A stretch of DNA of 64,000 nucleotides, from the NCBI GenBank assembly GCA_964016885.1, contig OZ024757.1:38316001-38380000 (forward strand), given 5' to 3'. The notes beneath the pieces were generated by a model. The model did not search any database. It had not been told where the DNA came from and saw nothing but the letters and a program-made list of their open reading frames with translations. This DNA comes from Eledone cirrhosa. Taxonomy: Eukaryota. Of this stretch, positions 14,258 through 31,020 are shown one piece after another (within the stretch, counting starts at the first letter, position 1; the number at the start of each line of letters is the position of its first letter). The translations under genes were made by a program, and so were the position numbers.

Positions 14258-14595
14258 CTGCGTTTTTCGAATATTAACAATAATATTCGATTCATTTGCA
14301 ATTATGCAATCAGCCTCTTTTAAGCCATATCAGTAGAATAAGCCCCTCATTCTTACTCATGCAAAAGAGGATGTTTGCATAATTGCAAACGAATCGAATG
14401 GATTGGCAATATCGGTAGAGGGTCGGACGCCATGCTTTCCAGCATAGTTACGTCCCTTTACGATCTGAGTTCAAATCCCGCCGAGGTTGACTTTGCCTTT
14501 CATCCTTACGGGGTCGATAAAATAAAGTACCAGTAATGCACTGGCCTTGTGCCAAAAGTAGAAACAATTATTAATATTCCAAAAACACAGATTAC
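14254..14595. repeat. Fold-back element whose right arm is interrupted by a SINE
   Basis: attcgattcatttgcaattatgcaa pairs with ttgcataattgcaaacgaatcgaat. The outer arm taatctgcgtttttcgaatatta pairs with taatattccaaaaacacagatta beyond the SINE. Confidence 0.75.
14400..14572 (+). mobile_element. SINE family A
   Basis: Near-full consensus match. Confidence 0.92.
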
Positions 14596-15239
14596 ATCTA
14601 CTGAATTCAGCCATGTAGAGCGATAATTAATTGTTATATATATATATATATATATATCCGTTCAACTATATATTTATTCTTACCTCTACCAGTCAACCCT
14701 CTCTAACATCCTAAACTTTTATTTTAATTCCTATTATATTTTATATATGTATACCTATGAACAGATCCATTCATTTATACAACGATTATTCTCGATTAAT
14801 GCTATGAAGGCTTTCGTTATTAAAAATTCCACTTAAAATTATTAAATAGTTATGGACAATTAATTTTCCTGGAATAATAAATATTGTTTAAACTTATTTC
14901 ATCCTATCTCATCGATTATTCAAATCACTTCTAAGACTTGCTTGCATTGTTGTTAATTTTATTGGTACCAATGTATTATGTAAAAATACTAGTAGTGACA
15001 ACAGATCATGCAGAGAGAGTAGCATAATAGATTGAATAATGTGTGGTTATAACATAATCAACTGTTTCGGGATTTCGTTTCACAAGTGATGATTTCCATT
15101 GTTTGATCATACTGCATGACATCTTAAAAGAGTGGTTTACATCATATTTCATTTTTACCAAAAATTGAGAATGGTTTCAAACTTGGTGATACGTGGTGCG
15201 ATTTACCAATATTTCAAAAATGAAATCATCTTTTCACAT

Positions 15240-15425
15240 TGATTCTACTTTTGGCACAAGTCCTGCAATTACCCAGTGCATTACTGGTACTTTATTTTAA
15301 CGGCCCCTTAAGGATGAAAGGCAAAGTTAACCTCGGTGGGATTTGAACTCAGAATGGCATGAGCTGTAACTCTAGGCGTCAAAGCATGGCGTCCGACCCT
15401 CTACCGATACTGCCAATCCACCGCC
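15240..15425 (-). mobile_element. SINE family A
   Basis: Full-length reverse copy; aatcatctttt TSD-like flanks. Confidence 0.92.
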
Positions 15426-15455
15426 CAATCATCTTTTAATATTACAGATGCACTC

Positions 15456-15675
15456 GGGCGGTGGAATGGCAGTGTATCCATAGAGAGTCGGACGCCATGA
15501 TTTGCATCATAGAGTTACGGCCCTTTATGATCTGAGTTCAAATCCCGCCTAGGTTAACTTTGCATTTCAAATTTATAGGGTCGATAAAATAAAGTACCAG
15601 TCACGCACTGGAGTCGATTTAATTGGCTTTCCCCAAAAAAGAATTGCTGGCCATTTGCCTATATAAGAAAGCAAT
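15456..15675 (+). mobile_element. SINE family A (variant with gtcgatttaat insert)
   Basis: Consensus match; TSD-like aatattaca.at.cact. Confidence 0.9.
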
Positions 15676-15879
15676 ATTACAAATACACTAAACAAACACT
15701 ATTAAGCGTCTCCTTATTGAATTGTTCTTCAGACATATCAGTTTATAATGAATTAGTTAACTACCTTTGACTATCCTATGGTCATGACTTTATTCGATTA
15801 GATTCAATCAGATGCCAAATAAGGTTGTGAAGGCGCATGGCTTAGTGATTAGAGCATTGGGAAAATGGTTATAGCGATT

Positions 15880-16030
15880 CTCCCTTCGTATTTGACTGGT
15901 ACTTTATTTCATGTAGCTCGGATGGATGAGAGGCAAAATTGATTTCGGTAGGAATTGAACTCAGAACGTAAAACGCCGGGAAAGATACTGCAAAGAATTT
16001 GTCGGACACCCTAACACATCTGTCAATATA
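15880..16030 (-). mobile_element. Diverged SINE family A
   Basis: ctggtactttattt..ggatgagaggcaaa..ttgaactcagaacgtaaa. Confidence 0.7.
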
Positions 16031-16064
16031 TTACCCTCTCGTTACAGTACTCTTAATTCCAGTA

Positions 16065-16380
16065 GTGGCCCTTAGCATACTAGTTAACGTCCTGGACTCA
16101 TAAATAAACAGTCACCAGTTTCATTCTCTGAGCAGGCAGCGTGCTATGTCCTTGAGCAAGACACTATATTTTACGTCACATCATTTCATTCAGCTGCCAA
16201 ACATATGTTGCACCTATCTATAATTCAAGTGACCACTCATATTACACGATCTATCAGGCTGGATCTCCGTGAGATTTACGTTAGGGGAGTACGTGTCTCT
16301 GAAATCTTCAGCCATATACACGATAATACCACGTTCAAGGCAGTTCCGCTGATTAAATCAACGGAATCATTGCTTGTCTG
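16065..16380 (+). mobile_element. Diverged tRNA-SINE with CORE-like centre and a cephalopod-type 3' domain
   Basis: tgtccttgagcaagacact; atctccgtgagatttacgttagggga.tacgtgtctctg..tcagcca. Recognised from memory of octopus SINEs. Confidence 0.6.
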
Positions 16381-16628
16381 AAACATAGTAGAAGATGTCT
16401 AAGATTTGAGCCCAAATCTAGTAGAAATGTGTTTCCTCGTTACTTATTTTAACATACGACGTTCTCAAGGTTTTTCAATGTAATCAACTGTGGGCGTTAT
16501 TTTCAGTTGATCCTGCTATTGTAAATGTAACTAGTTCACTAACATATTCCATAATGTAATTAGTTAATGTATATTGAAAAATTACCCGTATAACTATAAA
16601 TATATAGAAATATTCACATAACATAAAT

Positions 16629-16687
<59 letters not shown>

Positions 16688-16741
16688 TATATGCCTAAAT
16701 CTGATTGAGTATATATATATATATATATATATATGCCTAAA

Positions 16742-16774
<33 letters not shown>

Positions 16775-16882
16775 CTCAATGTGTGTAAAAGGTAGTATAT
16801 ATATATGCGTATATCATCTCTTTGAGTATATATATATATATATATATATAGGGCGAGAGAGGTAGATAAATGGATAATCTTT

Positions 16883-16939
<57 letters not shown>

Positions 16940-17770
16940 TATATATATAGGGTATAAGTAGGGGTGGTGAAGCGTGTATATATAGTTATGTATGAATATG
17001 TTAACTTAAAATATTATTTTGATATATGTAAACATTCTTTGATGTATTATCGATGTAGTTTTAAATTACTTTTCCTCTTCAAAAATTATAACGTACACTT
17101 TTTGAAAGCACGGAAAACTAATTATTTTAAATAGGTTTAATTTTTGCAGCATTTATTTAGCACTTTTGACATGTTCAATTGATATCCGTATATAGATTTA
17201 TACTTCTATTCATATATGAATTTTTCTTGTCATATTTTCTTATAAACATGTAATTCATAGGTTGTTTCTGCAAACTCTTTCTCTTCTGATATTACATACA
17301 TTAATTATATTGCATACAGTGAACGAATTATTTACATGTATTATGATATCATAATTATTATATATGATTTGGTTCATGTGAATAGCAACACATTAAAAAT
17401 TGTTTGGCATTTAAATTTCTATTACGTTTGACGTAATAGTCACTTTAATATCGAACATAGTCGAATGTAATTATAAATATATACGCATCTCTAAAATGTT
17501 TTCATAAAACCGGTAGGTAGTTATGTATTGCATTATAAATATAAATATTTATTATAGCCAAGGAATAGCAGACAATTCAAATGCATATCTTTGCTTCATA
17601 TTTCACAGTATATAAATGTGTTGGATCTGTAGAGCATTGGATTCTATTGTTCTGGTTCTTTAGATTCTGTGTTTACACCCAAAATCAAATGTAAAGTTTG
17701 CCTTTTATCATTCCGACGTCGATGAATAAAGTACAGCCTGAGCATAAAGGCTGTTCATTAGTGTTTCATA

Positions 17771-18160
17771 GATTGGCACTCTCGGTAGAGGGTCGGCGCC
17801 ATGCTTTGAAGCATAGTTACCTCCCTTTATGATCTGAGTTCAAATCCCGCCCAGGTTAACTTTGCCTTTCATCCTTACGGGGTCGATAAAATAAAATGCC
17901 AGTAATGCACTGGGTAATTGCTGGCCTTGTGCCAAAAGTAGAAACAATTATTGTTTCATAGATAACAGGGGCGGTGGATTGGCAGTATCAGTACCGGGTC
18001 GGACGCCATGCTTGGCAGCATAGAGTTGTCTCCCTTTACGACCTGATTTCAAATCCCGCCCAGGTTAACTTTGCCTTTCATCCTTACGGAGTTGATAAAA
18101 TAAAGTACCAGTAATGCACTGGTGTAATTGCTGGGCTTGTGCCAAAAAATAGAATCAAAT
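17771..18160 (+). mobile_element. Two adjacent SINE family A copies (17771-17952; 17970-18160)
   Basis: Consensus matches; tgtttcataga occurs before, between and after the copies. Confidence 0.92.
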
Positions 18161-18357
18161 TTTGTTTCATAGACAATATTTCGTCACTGAAAATTACAAC
18201 TACTTCTTCTGGAAGAGAAAACGTAAAATATGCCCGGAAAAAACTTTTAACACGCTATCTAATTCACTCTTTAATATATGATCCCTAAAATAGGGCCCAT
18301 ACCATAACAAACCACTCGGAAACCTATAAGTATCAACGTCTCTCTATGTCCCCGATC

Positions 18358-18406
18358 GTTTCTGGTGATTTAATACGAATGATATATTTCTATTCCTCTA
18401 GAAGCC
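18358..18406 (+). ncRNA. Highly degenerate family A hammerhead remnant
   Basis: CTGGTGAtttaatacgaatGATAtatttctattcctctagaagcc, followed by (TA)n. Confidence 0.4.
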
Positions 18407-18625
18407 ACTATATATATATATATATATATATGTAAGCAATTTGCGTTTAAGCGGATTTAAAGGGAAGCACCTCTGTGCCCTGTGATCTGTCCAGACCTTA
18501 TTTTTAACACAAAAGAGTTAAGAAAAAAATATGATATAGAAAGCCACATCGGACATTGGAGTAGTTCCTTTATTTTCCTCGGAAGATGAGATATTAATCT
18601 CGAAATATCAGGATATATGAATAAT

Positions 18626-18726
18626 ATGAAGAGGGTATTAACGTTTCGGACGCTAGACCTTCATCAGAAGAAAACATGAGAAATAAGATAGATTGAAGCG
18701 GATTGGACGCTAGTCTTTCATCATAA
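18626..18726 (-). ncRNA. Minimal hammerhead-like motif (family B) plus a partial tandem copy
   Basis: Reverse complement CTGATGAaggtctagcgtccGAAAcgttaataccctcttc. A second TGATGAaagactagcgtcc lies 57 bp away, and a related fragment gaaacgttaagaccctcttc is at 25001-25020. Confidence 0.45.
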
Positions 18727-19314
18727 GATAGATTGTGGAATTGGAAAAAATATATATAAATACAGAGAGAGGGTGGAGAGGGATGAAATACAGTCATCAC
18801 ATAGTAAATTATTATAAAATACGTATGTCACGAACAGGCTGCTCCTATCATCGGGCATTTTAAACACTGGTCGTCATAACACCAACACGGTTTTAAAAGA
18901 AAATTATTGAAGGCAATGCAGAATAAGATATTATTTCAACTTCTATTGATCGACTGTTGTAGGTAAACAGCATAGCAGTATCTTGCTGTGTTCTACATTA
19001 AAAGGTTTAACGTCAGATGGTTTCTTTTGAAATAAGGGAAAACTTTGCATTATTCTTATCACGTGACATTGTTTGTGTGCAAATTTAAGTCGACACATAA
19101 GCTGAATATTTCTGCGTCAATAGCACAATTTCTTAAATCCTCTGAGGGCTGGAATTGCTATCCAGCGAAATTGTTTCGACTGTAAACATTCTCGCTTGTA
19201 CACCTTTGCAGTCGCACACACGAGATCACACGCCGAGACAGAGCCAACTATAAACATGTGCAGGCGAACATATACACATATACACTTACTCATGTACACA
19301 CATTCACAGACATT

Positions 19315-19410
19315 TATATATATACAAATGTAGATATATGTATATGTAAATATATGTACATGTGTGGGTATATGATATATATATATATATATATGTGTGT
19401 ATATGTATAA

Positions 19411-19442
<32 letters not shown>

Positions 19443-19736
19443 ATATGTATAAATGTATATATATAGATGTGTGTGTGTGTATATGTATAAATGTATATGT
19501 ATATATATATATATGTGTGTGTGTATGTATAAATGTATATGTATATATATGTGTGTGTATATGTATAAATGTATATATATGTGTGTGTGTGTATATGTAT
19601 AAATGTATATGTATATATATGTGTGTGTATATGTATAAATGTATATGTATATATATATGTGTGCGTATATTTATAAATGTATGTATAAATGTATATATAC
19701 ATATATATACTCACACATACAAGTGTAATTATATCT

Positions 19737-19778
<42 letters not shown>

Positions 19779-19900
19779 GTATAAACGTACATATACTGTA
19801 TATACATGTGTGTGCGTATGTGTTTATTTGTATAAATGTGCATATATATATATGTATTATACACATACATATATGCATATATATTTATGTTTGTGTGTCT
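19315..19900. repeat. Compound TA/TG microsatellite
   Basis: Direct inspection. Confidence 0.95.
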
Positions 19901-20433
19901 GTGTAAGCGCCAGCACAAGTGTTTATATACGTTGTATATAAAATACAAAAATAAATAATAAAAAAATAGGGCAATACAGAAAATGCAGCCGTCAAAAAGA
20001 AAACCGACATCTCCTGTCAAATACAACTATTAATCCCTCAGAAATATAAAAATCAATAAAACGGAAGGCCATAGATTTCAAGACGTTACAAACATCGAAA
20101 CTGTTGTAAATATAAACACAGTTTACTCAGGTGTTTCTTAATATATTAGATGATTTCTCACCTTGGCGCTAATAAGTTTTATTGGTGTCAAACACATTGA
20201 CACATAAGTCAAATCATTTTTTTATTCTCTATGCTATCCTATCCTATCATTCCGATGAAAACTAATCGATTAAAAATTGCAAATATATAAAGTATTATAT
20301 TAATATAATGTCTGTAGTTATCAGTATGATTTTATGTAGCGGTTATTTACGCTTGAATAGAGTATAAATATTATACGGTTATATAAATATTAGAAGCACA
20401 CGGTAACAGATGTCTACATGAGACATACACACA

Positions 20434-20491
<58 letters not shown>

Positions 20492-20729
20492 GGCAGACTG
20501 GGTCTAAAAATATTGGTTTCCAGGAGATGAAGGGGGCCCACCTAGATATCGAATGTTATCTTTTAACTTTTATAATGAATAAATAACATTTTCAAAAAGT
20601 ACAGAAGTGGAAACAAAACAGTGCAATAAATATTTTGCGGAAAAATATCTTACCTTCTCCAATAAACAATATTATGTATTTTGCGAAATCCAGAGACTTT
20701 CAATAATGACCTTTCGACTTTCACACTCA

Positions 20730-20773
<44 letters not shown>

Positions 20774-20804
20774 ATGTACATATATATAGATTTTGAAAGT
20801 AGGT

Positions 20805-20897
20805 TTATATGGAGATGTTTAATTTCAATGAATTCATCAGCAATACCTGATGATTTCAAACGACTGAAAAGATTCTCGTCCTGTGGAAGTAATTTCT
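20805..20897. mobile_element. Diverged family A head-to-head hammerhead pair between microsatellites
   Basis: + strand CTGATGA(20847-20853)tttcaaacgactGAAAagattctcgtcctgtggaagt; inverted tcatcag at 20834-20840. Confidence 0.6.
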
Positions 20898-20910
20898 CTG
20901 TCCCTCTCCT

Positions 20911-20956
<46 letters not shown>

Positions 20957-20961
<5 letters not shown>

Positions 20962-21068
20962 GTTTCTACTTTAGGCACAAGGCCAGCAATTACCCAGTGC
21001 ATTACTGGTACTTTATTTTATCGACCCCGTGAGGATGAAAGGCAAAGTCAACCTCGGCGGGATTTGAA
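20957..21068 (-). mobile_element. SINE family A, 3' half
   Basis: Consensus match. Confidence 0.9.
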
Positions 21069-21175
21069 TATATAATAATCTGTTATTTTAATAAATATAT
21101 ATATATAGATATATATTATATCTATATATATATATTGGAAAATGTGTGAGACCCTTGTTACAGTTAGGTATATTT

Positions 21176-21296
21176 GAAAGAAAAGAATGACTTCACCTCT
21201 AGTTCTAAATAATTTGATTTAATTTTATAATATTATAATATTATAAAATTAAATCAAATTATTTAGCACTACAAGTGAAGTCATTCTTTCCTCTTT
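21176..21296. repeat. AT-rich fold-back element
   Basis: aagaatgacttcac..taaataatttgatttaattttataat pairs with attataaaattaaatcaaattattta..gtgaagtcattctt. Confidence 0.85.
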
Positions 21297-21891
21297 GTAA
21301 TATATATATTTATTATAATGTATATTCAATTTATTAATGTTAGTTGTACACATAATCCGCCGACTTTTTAGTAAAGAGTCAACTTGAGGCATTGCAAGAG
21401 AGAACCGTTTTCCATACCTGAAACGAGATTATTAGATAACCAAGCGATAAAAAACACAACATATACACAGTAGCTGTGAGTTTGTCATATATTTGAACCT
21501 GTCTCATTAATTCCTATATCCTGAATATGGATAGAATATCATTTGGAAATTTTATTATAGCCTTAAAAAAGGAATTTACTTCAGGATACAAAACAGCTCT
21601 TCAATCATATAACTCCCAGCAGAAATCTGTTTCATCTTACTCAAAGAAGGAAAAAGATACCTTAATATCCATCTATCTCTCTTTTCGAAAACAAATATTT
21701 AAATCCAGTCCTGCATAGAATGTGTTTCAAAAACATGTTTCGGTGGTTGTTCGCGATACTAATTATAAGAAATATGCTTAAACACGTCTTTACCATCTTA
21801 AAAACCGAAATATTTGGTAAAGTAATAGTAAAGTATATAACTTTAAGATTACTGCAAAGATGATTTTATGATAGCGATAATTGGTCTGAGC

Positions 21892-22891
21892 GATATATAT
21901 ATATATGCATATATATATGTATGTATATACAAATAAAATACAAAGTTACTAACTCGTATTGATACCCTGCAATTAACAAGCTCAGAGTATAAATACTGAG
22001 CAATATATAATAATATATGTAGAAATATGTAGAAATATATTTCGAGAGATGAAATTGTTATTGAGACGTTCTGTATATATAACTTAGGTTAGCTTCAGGT
22101 GAAATTTATCAAACCAATGTGGTGTCGCAACCTTCGTAATTTTAGACACTCAATTTACTGTGTTTATTTCGACATATATTATTATGTATGTATATATGTA
22201 TATATGTATGTTTATATGTATATATGTATATATATATGTATATGTGTATATATATGTATATGTGTATATTATGTATATATGTATATATATGTATATGTAT
22301 ATATATGTATATGTATATATAAATATGTATATGTATATATATGTATATATATATATATGTATGTATATGTATATATATGTATGTATATGTATATATATAT
22401 ATATGTGTATATGTATATATATATATGTGTATATGTATATATGTATATGTATATATGTGTATAATATATATGTATATATATATATATGTGTATATGTATA
22501 TATATATATGTGTATATGTATATATGTATATGTATATATGTGTATAATATATATGTATATATATGTATATATGTGTATATATATATATGCATATGTATAT
22601 ATATATGTATATGTATATATGTATATGTATAAATATATATGTATATGTATTTATATATATGTATTTATATATATATATGTATATATGTATATATTTATAT
22701 ATGTATATATGTATATATTTATATATGTATATATTTATATATGTATATATTTATATATGTATATATTTATATATGTATATATATGTATATGTATATATAC
22801 ATATGTGTATATGTATATATATGTATATTTATATATAGATATGTGTATATGTATATATATGTATATTTATATATAGATATATGTATATATC

Positions 22892-22955
<64 letters not shown>

Positions 22956-23136
22956 TCCACCCATATACCCAAATTCAGAAACGAGTGTATATAAATTTTA
23001 TATACGTGTAAGTATGTGTATGTGTGCATACATAAAAAATATAGAAAGTTATATTAAATTGTACATTGATTAGTGAGTGTATGGAATGAAAAAGGGGTGG
23101 TTGGGGCATAGAAGATAATCACTTCATGTTTGTATG

Positions 23137-23174
<38 letters not shown>

Positions 23175-24247
23175 TTGATTTTCCTAAATAGATAGATATT
23201 GTAATCTTGAAAACTGCTTTCTAACATATATATTCAATTTTATTTCAGATATATATATATGCATATATATATGTATGTATATACAAATAAAATACAAAGT
23301 TACTAACTCGTATTGATACCCTGCAATTAACAAGCTCAGAGTATAAATACTGAGCAATATATAATAATATATGTAGAAATATGTAGAAATATATTTCGAG
23401 AGATGAAATTGTTATTGAGACGTTCTGTATATATAACTTAGGTTAGCTTCAGGTGAAATTTATCAAACCAATGTGGTGTCGCAACCTTCGTAATTTTAGA
23501 CACTCAATTTACTGTGTTTATTTCGACATATATTATTATGTATGTATATATGTATATATGTATGTTTATATGTATATATGTATATATATATGTATATGTG
23601 TATATATATGTATATGTGTATATTATGTATATATGTATATATATGTATATGTATATATATGTATATGTATATATAAATATGTATATGTATATATATGTAT
23701 ATATATATATATGTATGTATATGTATATATATGTATGTATATGTATATATATATATATGTGTATATGTATATATATATATGTGTATATGTATATATGTAT
23801 ATGTATATATGTGTATAATATATATGTATATATATATATATATGTGTATATGTATATATATATATGTGTATATGTATATATGTATATGTATATATGTGTA
23901 TAATATATATGTATATATATGTATATATGTGTATATATATATATGCATATGTATATATATATGTATATGTATATATGTATATGTATAAATATATATGTAT
24001 ATGTATTTATATATATGTATTTATATATATATATGTATATATGTATATATTTATATATGTATATATGTATATATTTATATATGTATATATTTATATATGT
24101 ATATATTTATATATGTATATATTTATATATGTATATATATGTATATGTATATATACATATGTGTATATGTATATATATGTATATTTATATATAGATATGT
24201 GTATATGTATATATATGTATATTTATATATAGATATATGTATATATC

Positions 24248-24311
<64 letters not shown>

Positions 24312-24492
24312 TCCACCCATATACCCAAATTCAGAAACGAGTGTATATAAATTTTATATACGTGTAAGTATGTGTATGTGTGCATACATAAAAAATATAG
24401 AAAGTTATATTAAATTGTACATTGATTAGTGAGTGTATGGAATGAAAAAGGGGTGGTTGGGGCATAGAAGATAATCACTTCATGTTTGTATG

Positions 24493-24528
<36 letters not shown>

Positions 24529-24602
24529 TTGATTTTCCTAAATAGATAGATATTGTAATCTTGAAAACTGCTTTCTAACATATATATTCAATTTTATTTC
24601 AG
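21892..24602. repeat. Near-identical direct tandem duplication, 2 x ~1355 bp
   Basis: Unique segments and even microsatellite interruptions recur at offset 1354-1356; junction at ~23248. Confidence 0.95.
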
Positions 24603-25287
24603 AAACTATTAAGTAATTAACCAGTGCATAAAATATATGTTAAACATGTTAAGTAGATACAGTTTGAAAGATAATAGTTATAGACAGATAATTTAATAGC
24701 AATTCGGAAAGAATGTAGTTACACTTTTCATATTTTTGTATGCAAATACAACGATTCTATCATAGATTTGCCAAGATATAAAACCAGCAATAATAATCAT
24801 TTGCTATTTATTTCTTACATACACATTTATCGTTATATTGTTATGACTACATTCTTAATGACATGCACAAATAATGGTATAATAACGAACGCCAATGCTG
24901 GTGGTATATGTCCATATCAATGCGGATATATTGAAATTGATCGATATTTTAACAAGCAGGAATTCCACAGCTTTAATCATGCATATATATATATATATAT
25001 GAAACGTTAAGACCCTCTTCCTGCTATATCAAGCGTTAACCTAGTATATATTTTCCATGTACTGTGCCTATTGTGTTTATCGGAGTTTTGTAGCTTGCTT
25101 AAAGCATTGTTTAATAGGAGACACAAATTTAAATTTTGAAGACCAAAATCATGCGTTATAAAGATTGTTCAATTGCCAAGATAATTAAAAAAATCTTATC
25201 TTCGCAAATTTAACCATCCCAAATGTTTTCGGGTTTATCTTGACAATTTAACAATCTTCATAACACATTGTTTTGGTTTTCAAAATT

Positions 25288-25345
<58 letters not shown>

Positions 25346-25499
25346 CATATATGTATATATATGTATGTATATATATATGTGTTATATATATTTATTTCAA
25401 TGCAGGGTCTTTTCATTCCTACCCGAGGAATCCCCCCCCTCATTGGCCTCCACCATTTTCCGTACATGATTTCTTTTTTTTTTTTTGTTACATAAAGAA

Positions 25500-25830
25500 A
25501 AGGCGGTGGAGCGTCGGGTGACATGTCTTGTGTTATTTATTTCCGTCGCTTCAGGTTCTGAATTCAAATCTCACTGAGATCAAAGTTACTTTCAATCGTT
25601 ACGGGTTCGATTAAATATAGTACCAGTAACTCAATGGGGTCAAGTTAATTAATTTTCCTCTTCTCCCCAAATTGTTGGCCTTGTGGATATTGATGTCGAT
25701 GGATCTGCCCAGTGTTTAAAACATCGGTCAAATGTTTCGCTGGATTTATTCCGTCATATTACGATCAGATTTTAAATCATGCCATGATCAAAGTTACCTC
25801 TTATCTGTTTAAGATCGATTAAAACAAAGT
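25500..25830 (+). mobile_element. Two old diverged SINE family A-like copies
   Basis: ggcggtgga..ttctgaattcaaatc..gtaccagt..ttggccttgtg; a second, weaker copy follows. Confidence 0.6.
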
Positions 25831-26208
25831 AGGGACTAATATATCCCTTCCAAGGTAACTCTATCTCTTCTTGTCAATTTAAATCTTTTTACCTTTTTTT
25901 ACGCTCTCTACATCTCTTTTTCAGCTTCTTCCTAATTCTCTCTCACTACCACCTGATTTTGTTACACGGAGATTTACCCATCTGCAATGATTAAGGCTAG
26001 TTTAAAATAGAGTAGTACACAATACAGGAGTCGATATTATCGATATTCCCAACAGCATTACGTCATATATTTACTCTACATTAACTTATAAACAATAAAA
26101 CTTAGAACGAAGTTACTATATTTCGCAATTCTCTGTTCTACTGCAATATGTCTAACAACACAATTAGCCAACTTACTTTTAACTTTTCATTTTATATGTT
26201 ATGATGTG

Positions 26209-26255
<47 letters not shown>

Positions 26256-26384
26256 AAGATAGTGTAAACATATTTACTTAATTCAATTAATATATACATG
26301 CATATATATACAAGCATATATATATGTACAAATATAATATAAAAATATATATTTATATAAAATAATGTATCTCACTCTCTCTCC

Positions 26385-27570
<1,186 letters not shown>

Positions 27571-28009
27571 TTCCACTCATACACAGAGGAAACTACTTAG
27601 ATCTAAGTAGGAAAAGCATAAACGCATGAAGTAGGAAAAAGAAACACACACAAAATAGAAAAAAAATGCAAAGAGCGCAAGAACGAATCCGCCATTGCGT
27701 TACATATTACATCATAGGAAACAACATTATTTAGACAACAAGATATATTATTTTTTCTTCAACTATCTCCCATTAGAAATCGTCAAAAGAAAAACAATGA
27801 GAGTATGTATAGTATAATATGCCTTCAAAGTTAAATATTTGAATAATGATCAGTTTGCATGTGATAAACAAATACATTCTCTACGTCAAAACAATCTCTA
27901 CTCGGAAAAATTCTCAAGAGTTTACAAGTTTGCATGCATTGCACTATGGCGCATTAAATCAATGTTGTGTTTGGCTCAGTGAAGAAAACAAGAAAGCACA
28001 GTGTTGTTG

Positions 28010-29345
<1,336 letters not shown>

Positions 29346-29484
29346 AACGTGTCTCTGTGGAGGAGAGCGAACGATATATGTGCGCCATGCACAGGAGAGA
29401 AAAAAGGAAGAAATCCTATAACTACTGACAATATTTGTGTTGAGACTACTAACGACAGACGAGTAAAGTAAATAATAACCCTAC

Positions 29485-29975
29485 TCATGTTGTTGGCGTT
29501 GATAGTGCTGCTGATGATGATATTGTTGAAGAAAGTGCTAATGGTGGTGGTGGTTATGGTGATGGTATTTCTAACAATATTGATGTGGGAGATGGTGGTG
29601 GCGGGGGTGATGGTAGTGTTGATGTAGTTGATGATGGTGATGATAGTGTTGGTGTAGTTGATGATGGTGATGATAGTGTTGATGTAGTTGATGATGGTGA
29701 TGATAGTGTTCATGTAGTTGATTGTGGTGGTGGTGGTGGTTCTGGCGATATTGATATTGGAAATGGTTGTGCTGATGATGATGATAGTGCTGATGAAATT
29801 GACGTTGCTGAAGTGGTGGTCGTAGCGTTGGTGGTTCTGGCGATATTGATGAGGATGGTGGTGATGGTGATGATGGTGATGATGGCTGTGGTGGCAATTC
29901 TTATTATTCTGTCAGGTTGTGGTGATGGCGGGTGTAGTGCCGGTGTTGCTGTTGTTGATAATGGTGATGATATTG
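29485..29975. repeat. Degenerate (GAT/GGT/GTT)n tract containing a 30-bp minisatellite (~4 units, ~29610-29725)
   Basis: tgatagtgttgatgtagttgatgatggtga is repeated. Confidence 0.85.
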
Positions 29976-29979
29976 TTAA

Positions 29980-30153
29980 TAATTATTTCTACTGTTGGCG
30001 CAAGGCCAGCCATTACCCCCAGTATATTACTGGTACTATATTTTATCGACTCCGTTAGGATGAAAGTTAACCTCGGCGGGATTTGAACTCAGAATGGAAA
30101 GGGCACTAACTCTATGCCTCAAAACATGGCGTCGACCCTCTAGCGATACTGCC
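29980..30153 (-). mobile_element. SINE family A
   Basis: Reverse consensus match. Confidence 0.88.
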
Positions 30154-30829
30154 GATGGTGTTGGGAATGCTTGGGCACCGTCCTTATGTTATTGTTGTTT
30201 TTTGTGGATTCTGTTTGTAATGGAGTTGTTGCTCTTGTTGGCTGTTTCTGGAGTTGGTTGTGTAAATATATTTGTTGGTGTAGATTTTCACGTTATTGGT
30301 GTTATTGTTGTTATGGTGGTAGTGGTAATGATGGCGATTGGAATGCTGGGGCACCGCTCCTGGGTTAGTGCTGGAGGTTGTTGTTGTTATGGTGGTGATG
30401 TTATAGTTGGTGGTGTATATATATATTCACAGTTGGTAAATGATGTATAGTGTGTATTATAGACATCAGCATGTACCTGTGTGTATTTATATTTATTGTT
30501 TACGCCAAAACATGTAGACCTGCCATCCTTCTCCTCATCCCCCTCCTCCTCCTTCGTCTTGTTGTTGTTGTTGTTGTTCTTCTTCTTTTCCATTTTTTTC
30601 TTTTTCTTTTTCTTCTCTTTCTTCTTCTCTTTCTCGTTGTTGTTCTCCTACTTCTTCATGTTATTACCATTACTCTACTTTTCTTCTTCTTCTTCTCAAA
30701 GTACCAGTCACGTACACAGGTCGAGCTAATCTTTCTCGCCGCTGAAATTTATTGGCCTTGAGCCTCAATGAGAAGTTATCATCATCAACAACATCATCAT
30801 CATCATCATTATTATTATAATTATTATAA

Positions 30830-31020
30830 GGGTGGTGGATTGGCAGTATCGGTAAAGGGGTCGGACGCCATGCTTTTTACCATAGTTACATCACTGTATG
30901 ATCTGAGTTCAAATCCCACCGAGGTTAACTTTGCCTTTCACCCTTACGGGATTGATAAAATAGAGTACCAGTAATACACTGGCATAATTGCTGGCTTTGT
31001 GCCAAAAGTAGAAACAATTA
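30830..31020 (+). mobile_element. SINE family A
   Basis: Full-length consensus match. Confidence 0.92.

Noticed and set aside
29571-30974. Gly/Asp/Val- and His-rich ORFs
   Set aside because: They arise from degenerate trinucleotide repeats that run into SINEs, with no splice or domain support.
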